DNA of 64,000 nt. Origin: Planctomycetia bacterium. GTDB taxonomy: Bacteria > Planctomycetota > Planctomycetia > Pirellulales > PNKZ01. Under the pieces are notes generated by a model, which had not been told where the DNA came from, did no database searches, and was given only the letters and a program-made list of their open reading frames with translations. The position numbers and the translations under genes were made by a program. Location: positions 69,890 to 133,889 of the forward strand of contig JAIOPP010000084.1 of NCBI GenBank assembly GCA_021413845.1. The letters run 5' to 3'. The number at the start of each line of letters is the position of its first letter. Position 1 is the stretch's first letter. Positions 58,986 through 64,000 of this stretch are shown one piece after another.

Positions 58986-60068
58986 ATGTTTTCGACGGAG
59001 TTGAACCCGAACTACTTTGCCGCGCCGCTCGCAGCGGTCGTGTTGCTAATGGCGGTTTGGGCCGAGCGAATCCATAGTCAGCGTTCTCGGGCCGTCGGCT
59101 GGCTGGCATTCGGGCCCAGTGGCGCACCGCGGCGTTGGACGCGAGCCGTACCGCTATTGCGCGTCGTTGCGGCGACTGCCTTGGCTTGGGGATTCACCGT
59201 GCTCGCTATCTCTCCGACCGAAGGACTCGACACGACCGGCAATACGACCGAAGAAATCAAGCCCGAAGACTTACAGCGGGTTATCCTCTTGCTCGACGTA
59301 TCGCCCAGCATGGCGATCAGCGACTCCGGCCCGAACCGCGATCTGCAACGACGCGCGCGGGTGCTGCAAGTGATCGAAGGAATCTTCCCCCGCATCTCAC
59401 TCGGGCGAACGCGGTTCAGCATCATCGCGTTCTTCTCTTCGGCCCGACCGGTGGTCGTCGATGCCTTCGATACGTCCGTGATTCGGAACGTGCTCGACAA
59501 TTTGCCGCTCGTTTGGGCCTTCGAGCCCGGCAAGACGGACGTCATCGCAGGGATTCAAGCCGCGGCCGATATGGCTCGCGATTGGACTCCCAAAAGTACG
59601 ACTCTGATTCTTTGCACGGACGGTGACACAGTCGATTTTAGTCAGATTCCGAGGCTGCCTCGATCGGTTCATCAAGTGCAGATCTACGCCGTCGGCGATC
59701 CGATTATCGGCACGATCATCGACGGCCACGACTCGCGGCAGCAAGTAGGTATTCTTCGCCGATTAGCGTCGGAAATGGGTGGCGCTTACTACGATGTGAA
59801 CAATCGCCATGTGCCGACATCGGCGCTCGCGCAACTGGCGATCACGCCGCCGCAGCCCGCACGGCGCGGATTGACTTGGAAAGATTTGGCTTTGGTGGCG
59901 GTTGCCGTTGGAGCGGCGTTGTTCACACTCATTCCGCTCTTATTGGAATACTTCGGTAGTAGTTGGAACGCCGAACGCGAGCTCCCGGTTTCGCGACGCC
60001 GCGAGGACGACGACGATGAGCCGGTAGTGCCGACGATACCGATGCGTGAGCCGGAGGTGGTCGCATGA
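58986..60068 (+). CDS. VWA-domain membrane protein (BatA/BatB-like)
   Basis: N-terminal TM helices, MIDAS ILLLDVSPSMAISD, LILCTDGD, C-terminal TM, acidic tail. Confidence 0.8.
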   Translation: MFSTELNPNYFAAPLAAVVLLMAVWAERIHSQRSRAVGWLAFGPSGAPRRWTRAVPLLRVVAATALAWGFTVLAISPTEGLDTTGNTTEEIKPEDLQRVILLLDVSPSMAISDSGPNRDLQRRARVLQVIEGIFPRISLGRTRFSIIAFFSSARPVVVDAFDTSVIRNVLDNLPLVWAFEPGKTDVIAGIQAAADMARDWTPKSTTLILCTDGDTVDFSQIPRLPRSVHQVQIYAVGDPIIGTIIDGHDSRQQVGILRRLASEMGGAYYDVNNRHVPTSALAQLAITPPQPARRGLTWKDLALVAVAVGAALFTLIPLLLEYFGSSWNAERELPVSRRREDDDDEPVVPTIPMREPEVVA

Positions 60069-60814
60069 AATACGCTAAGCAAATCAAGAAGTGGTTGGTG
60101 TTGTTGTGGTTGCTCGTTCCGGTCGCGTTGTTGAGTTATCACTTCGGCCCCGGCCGACAGGCTCTTGCCTGGCAAGATGCGGCGAAGCTTCGCGCTAAGG
60201 CCGGCGCCGCGGAAACCGCAGGGCATTGGGAACAAGCGGTCGCGGCGTATGGCGAAGCGCTCAGTGCGGTGCCGTCGTCGAACGACGATGCCTCGGCCGT
60301 GGCGATGTCGCGCGATCAACTACGGCTTTCCCAAATTCGGGCCGCCTTTCAACTCGGCAAACTCGCCGACACGATCGCCGACTTGGAGCAGTTCGTGAAG
60401 CAGACGGAAGCGACGCATGGGCCGGCGTCGCCGGTTACGCTCGACGCTCGCGACCTGCTCGGTCGGGTTCACTATCAAGCGATGGCCGCGCTTCGGCTCG
60501 AATCGGCCGAGAAGCAAGTTTGGATGAAACACTGGGAACTATCGCGGCAGAACTTTCGTTTCCTCGCGGAGCATAGCCCGGCGAGTCGCAACGGCTTGGA
60601 TCGGAAGAATCTCGAGGTGGTGATCAAGTCGGCGAACTTGCCGCAACCGCCGACTCCGAGCGGCGGCGGAGGAGGGGGAGGCGCCGCACTCGCTTTCGTT
60701 CGGCCGACTCCGCCGACCACCGGCAGTGGTGTGGCACCGCCAGACAATCGTCCCCGCGCTCCGACGCTCAACTCCAGCGAGTTGACGCCCCCTGAGTTCG
60801 AATTAGGTAATTAA
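60065..60814 (+). CDS. Membrane-anchored helical (TPR-like) protein with a Gly/Pro-rich tail
   Basis: ATGA overlap with the VWA gene; N-terminal TM WLVLLWLLVPVALL; helical repeat region; GGGGGGG/PP tail. Confidence 0.5.
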   Translation: MKYAKQIKKWLVLLWLLVPVALLSYHFGPGRQALAWQDAAKLRAKAGAAETAGHWEQAVAAYGEALSAVPSSNDDASAVAMSRDQLRLSQIRAAFQLGKLADTIADLEQFVKQTEATHGPASPVTLDARDLLGRVHYQAMAALRLESAEKQVWMKHWELSRQNFRFLAEHSPASRNGLDRKNLEVVIKSANLPQPPTPSGGGGGGGAALAFVRPTPPTTGSGVAPPDNRPRAPTLNSSELTPPEFELGN

Positions 60815-60845
60815 AGTTCGTCACGCATTCGTTCGAGATCATGAG

Positions 60846-63800
60846 ATGTTGATTTCCATGTTGAGACTTCGCTTACGCACGATCGCCTGCTTCGGCTTGG
60901 TTCTAGCTGCAACGAACGCGCTGCCGGTTGTGGCCCACGCTGCCGACAAAACGGCCGAAGAAAAACAAGCTGAAGCGAAGCAGCTTGAAGCGAAACAGGC
61001 CGAACTTAAGCAATTGGAACTCAAGCAAGCGGAAGCGAAGAAAGCCGAAGAGAAGGCTGCCGCTGACGCCAAGAAAGCGGCGGACGCACAAAAGGCCGCC
61101 GAGGCTGCAAAAGCGATCGAGGCCGCGAAGCGAAAAGCCGAGGAAGCCAAGCTTGCCGAAGAACGCAAGAAGGCCGAAGAGGCTCGCCTGGCACGCGAAG
61201 CGCAACTTAAAGCGGAAGCCGATGCTCGCGCCGTGCGCGAAGCGGCGATGAAAGCCGAGGCCGATGCCAGAGCCGCCGCGCGGCTCGTTATCGACCGCGC
61301 CGAAGCGCTTCTTCGAGTCAAAATCTCGCGCACTCCCGATGATGTCTTCCGCGCCGTCACCCGTTGGAACGCCGGTGCCGAGAAGAACGCAAACGAAGAG
61401 GAGCGGTTTCTGCTTTATATCCAGGCCGGCGAGTGGGAAAAGTTGCGGGCCTTGATCGCTCCGTTTCCTCCGGAGATGGCCAGCCGGATCTACGTGAAAT
61501 TGCTCAACGATCTAGTCTGGGGCAATCCGAAGCCGCTGATTCTGCCGACCGATGCACTAGGTGTAGCCGATGCGGCTCCCGCACCGTTGGACGACAAAGA
61601 AACGGTGCAAATCGGCCGGTTGTTGAGTTATTCGATCGGTAAGACCGAGACGAAAACGGAACTCATGGCCGCGCTCAGAAAAGGGACGGTTCGGCTCGGC
61701 GGAAACGATCCGAAGCTGCGCAGCGCGACGGCACGCGCCTTAGCGGCTGCCGAATTCTGGACCGAAGCGAAGGAGTTCGGCCTCAAGGGGAGCGACATTC
61801 CCAGCGTGGTCGCCGACGTCAAGGCAGACACTCCCGCCAAGGTGGCCGATGAAGCGTGGGACCGGCTCGTCGTCGTGTTGCACGATCCGGCAAGAACCGC
61901 CGACGAACGAGATGAAGCGCTTACCGGCTTGCACCAAGCGATGGTTCAACTGACGCCGCAAGCCGTCGACGCGAAGCTCGGGGCTCTCTTGCGCGACGGT
62001 GCGCATCCGGAGCTCGTCTGGGAAGTCGTCGGACTCATCGGGCGAACGACGGCTCGCGGGCAAGACAATTTCGATTTCGACGTCCGCAGTACCAATCTCG
62101 AATTGCAAGAAGCCGCGCTGCGATTGATCGCCGGGAGCAAGCCGCTCGCTGCACCCCCTGCTCGCACCTTCGCCAATCTTTTCGCGCGCAACTGGCTCGC
62201 CGAAGCGCAAGCCACGCTCGTGACCTACCCCAACTGGAAGAACGCGCCGCCCGACTACCGCAGTAAGCACCAGCATGTGTCGATCGAGGACGTCTTGCAC
62301 TCGGCTCCTAACGCGGCTTGGCTCGCTGTGTTGGAGCCACAGTTGTCGAGCGCGGCGAAGTTGACCGTCGCGCGTCTGACGTTGATGTCGGACAACATCG
62401 ATCGTCTGCTGCCGCAATTGACCGAGTTTGCCGGGCGCGACAAGACGGCTGCCGTTGAGTTGGCAAACGCCTATCTAACGCGTTGGGCTCAGTTGCACGA
62501 TCCCAACTTCACGCCCGAGGCGCTGCGACAATACCGGCTCGAAGGGCAAGCGATCGTGCTAAGCCGGGCCGAGCAAGAGCAGAGCTTACGGCAATTGGGC
62601 GCGATGTTGACCAAGCTCGATGCCGGAACGCGCGCGCAGCTCGACGAAGCGCTCTTGGTCACGGCGTTCGACGTCTGCCATAGCAAGGCCGAGCCTTACA
62701 CGCGCGACCAAATCATCGAAGTGTTCGGGCCGTTGGAGCAGATACCGCCGACGTTGTTGTCGTCGCTGCTCGACAAAATGCGACAAAAGCTGGCCTTGAA
62801 CTGGCGCGACCTTTCGGTGCAGCGCGATGCCGCGACCAAACGAGATAGCGGCGACGTTTTTCAACTAGTAAACGACGGCTACGGCGAAGCCGAAAAGATC
62901 ACGAGCGCTTGGCTCAAGACCCACGCCGACGATTGGCAAGTGAATTGCGTCGCCGGATCGTTTCTTTCCGATTGGGCCGAGTTCGCCTACTTCCAAGCGG
63001 TCGCATCCGGCGACGATGCCGATCGCTTCGCCGTCTATTTGAAGCGGAGCGGCGAAGCGCTCGACCGATTCCGCGTCGGCGCGAAATCGTATGCCGCGGC
63101 GGTGTCGAAGTTGCCACGCGATGAGTTTTCATTGGTCCCGTATAAGGCGTGGTTCTATGGCCTGCTCGGCATCTCGCACGACGCTGGGATCAATCTGCGC
63201 AAGGGTGTGACGCGCGAGGGATTGCAAGAGATCGCGAAGGCGATGCAAAGCTTGCCCAACGGTGCGGGAGCCGTTCACCTCGGCCTCTTTTCGACGATGG
63301 TCGCCGACAACGTGAAAGCGAACGTGATCGCCCCGGAAATGAAGTTTCGCTACCTATCGAGCGCGGTCGAAATTACAGGCCGCAAAGGGACCGTTTATCC
63401 GGCTCAAGAGAAAGTGCAGTATTACGAATCGTTGTTGAAGGAAATTCGTTTGCGCTCCCGGCTCGACGGCTCGGACAAGATTCATCGTGCCGGCGAGTTC
63501 GGCGTCTTCGTGACGTTGGTGCATTCAGCGGACTTGGCGCGCGAAAGCGGCGGCTTCGGTAAATACCTCCAGAACGAAACACGACGCGTCGTCTCGGGCC
63601 GAACGATTACCGAGCAACCTTTTTATCGCGACCGGTTCGAGGAGGCGTTGCGCAACGCGCTCGGTGGTTTCTTTGAGATCAAGAAAATCGTGTTCGCCGA
63701 TCCGAACGCCGGCGCTCGACCCGCGGTAGCCGACGAAGCAGGCGTTGCCGCCGCGCCCGACAAGGCCGTCGCGACGACATCGAAATGGCAAGAAACACCG

Positions 63801-64000
63801 CTGGCCTATTTGCATTTGGTCGCCAAGGATGCGACGGTCGATCGCGTACCGCCGCTTGAAATCGAACTCGACTTCTTCGACCGCGACGGGAAGGTCGTCA
63901 TCCCGGTGCCGTCGAATCCGTTGTTGATCGAAGTCTCCGACGCCGCCCCGGCTCGTCGCGCGGCCGCGAAGGTTGCCATCAGCGAGACCGTCGACGCACG
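60846..64000 (+). CDS. Large secreted protein (more than 1040 aa, open at the window end) with an N-terminal Lys/Ala/Glu coiled coil
   Basis: Not in the ORF track because no stop is reached. Frame 0 is open from 60807 to 64000. ATG at 60846 or 60858. Signal peptide MLRLRLRTIACFGLVLAATNALPVVAHA, then AEEKQAEAKQLEAKQAELKQLELKQAEAKKAEEK... Confidence 0.7.
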   Translation, partial: MLISMLRLRLRTIACFGLVLAATNALPVVAHAADKTAEEKQAEAKQLEAKQAELKQLELKQAEAKKAEEKAAADAKKAADAQKAAEAAKAIEAAKRKAEEAKLAEERKKAEEARLAREAQLKAEADARAVREAAMKAEADARAAARLVIDRAEALLRVKISRTPDDVFRAVTRWNAGAEKNANEEERFLLYIQAGEWEKLRALIAPFPPEMASRIYVKLLNDLVWGNPKPLILPTDALGVADAAPAPLDDKETVQIGRLLSYSIGKTETKTELMAALRKGTVRLGGNDPKLRSATARALAAAEFWTEAKEFGLKGSDIPSVVADVKADTPAKVADEAWDRLVVVLHDPARTADERDEALTGLHQAMVQLTPQAVDAKLGALLRDGAHPELVWEVVGLIGRTTARGQDNFDFDVRSTNLELQEAALRLIAGSKPLAAPPARTFANLFARNWLAEAQATLVTYPNWKNAPPDYRSKHQHVSIEDVLHSAPNAAWLAVLEPQLSSAAKLTVARLTLMSDNIDRLLPQLTEFAGRDKTAAVELANAYLTRWAQLHDPNFTPEALRQYRLEGQAIVLSRAEQEQSLRQLGAMLTKLDAGTRAQLDEALLVTAFDVCHSKAEPYTRDQIIEVFGPLEQIPPTLLSSLLDKMRQKLALNWRDLSVQRDAATKRDSGDVFQLVNDGYGEAEKITSAWLKTHADDWQVNCVAGSFLSDWAEFAYFQAVASGDDADRFAVYLKRSGEALDRFRVGAKSYAAAVSKLPRDEFSLVPYKAWFYGLLGISHDAGINLRKGVTREGLQEIAKAMQSLPNGAGAVHLGLFSTMVADNVKANVIAPEMKFRYLSSAVEITGRKGTVYPAQEKVQYYESLLKEIRLRSRLDGSDKIHRAGEFGVFVTLVHSADLARESGGFGKYLQNETRRVVSGRTITEQPFYRDRFEEALRNALGGFFEIKKIVFADPNAGARPAVADEAGVAAAPDKAVATTSKWQETPLAYLHLVAKDATVDRVPPLEIELDFFDRDGKVVIPVPSNPLLIEVSDAAPARRAAAKVAISETVDA

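Noticed and set aside
58646-59077. 143-aa ORF in the 425-bp SET/VWA intergenic region.
   Set aside because: It overlaps the VWA gene start in another frame and has no SD or recognisable motifs. The region may hold promoters or an sRNA, but I cannot support either from the sequence alone.
60839-61360. 173-aa Ala/Ser-rich minus-strand ORF.
   Set aside because: It is the complement of the K/A/E coiled-coil coding repeats of the open-ended plus-strand gene. The plus-strand frame has a signal peptide and continues for more than 1000 codons.

Overview
GC-rich bacterial chromosomal segment. Gene content looks Planctomycetota or Pirellulales-like: a DUF1080 protein, tail-anchored Ser/Thr kinases, PQQ propellers, and GGTCAGT-type microsatellites. 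I support about 55 protein genes. I found no rRNA, tRNA, CRISPR array, transposase or integrase. Most long ORFs on the opposite strand of real genes are GC-driven shadow ORFs. The ORF track also uses GTG/TTG starts, so several N-termini were trimmed by reading the DNA. Housekeeping backbone: cysK, thrS-infC, acs, a UDG family-5 glycosylase, pfk, lhgO, prpB-prpC, xylB, an amino-acid ABC transporter and a PanF-like symporter. Items worth a second look: (1) A translationally coupled minus-strand envelope-glycan operon at about 19.1-32.5 kb, with related genes to 36.9 kb. It mixes GT9, GT4, GT2, a CE4 deacetylase, a KpsS/TagF-like protein, a NeuB-like synthase plus HAD phosphatase, and two CDP-alcohol phosphotransferase domains, one fused to a GT2. 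GT-C-like membrane proteins flank it. (2) A divergent enolase paralog with apparent active-site substitutions, coupled by TAAATG to an MtnK/APH-like kinase. (3) A 1636-aa DUF4011 / Upf1-like SF1 helicase / REase / DUF3320 protein. (4) An AT-rich islet carrying an orphan HARE-HTH-like ORF. (5) A minimal SET-domain protein with a Lys/Pro-rich tail next to an extended DTW (TapT-like) protein. (6) Dispersed heptamer microsatellites and a nested REP-like palindrome. (7) A possible SD-positioned AUC start for infC. All family calls come from motif recognition by eye; no database search was run.
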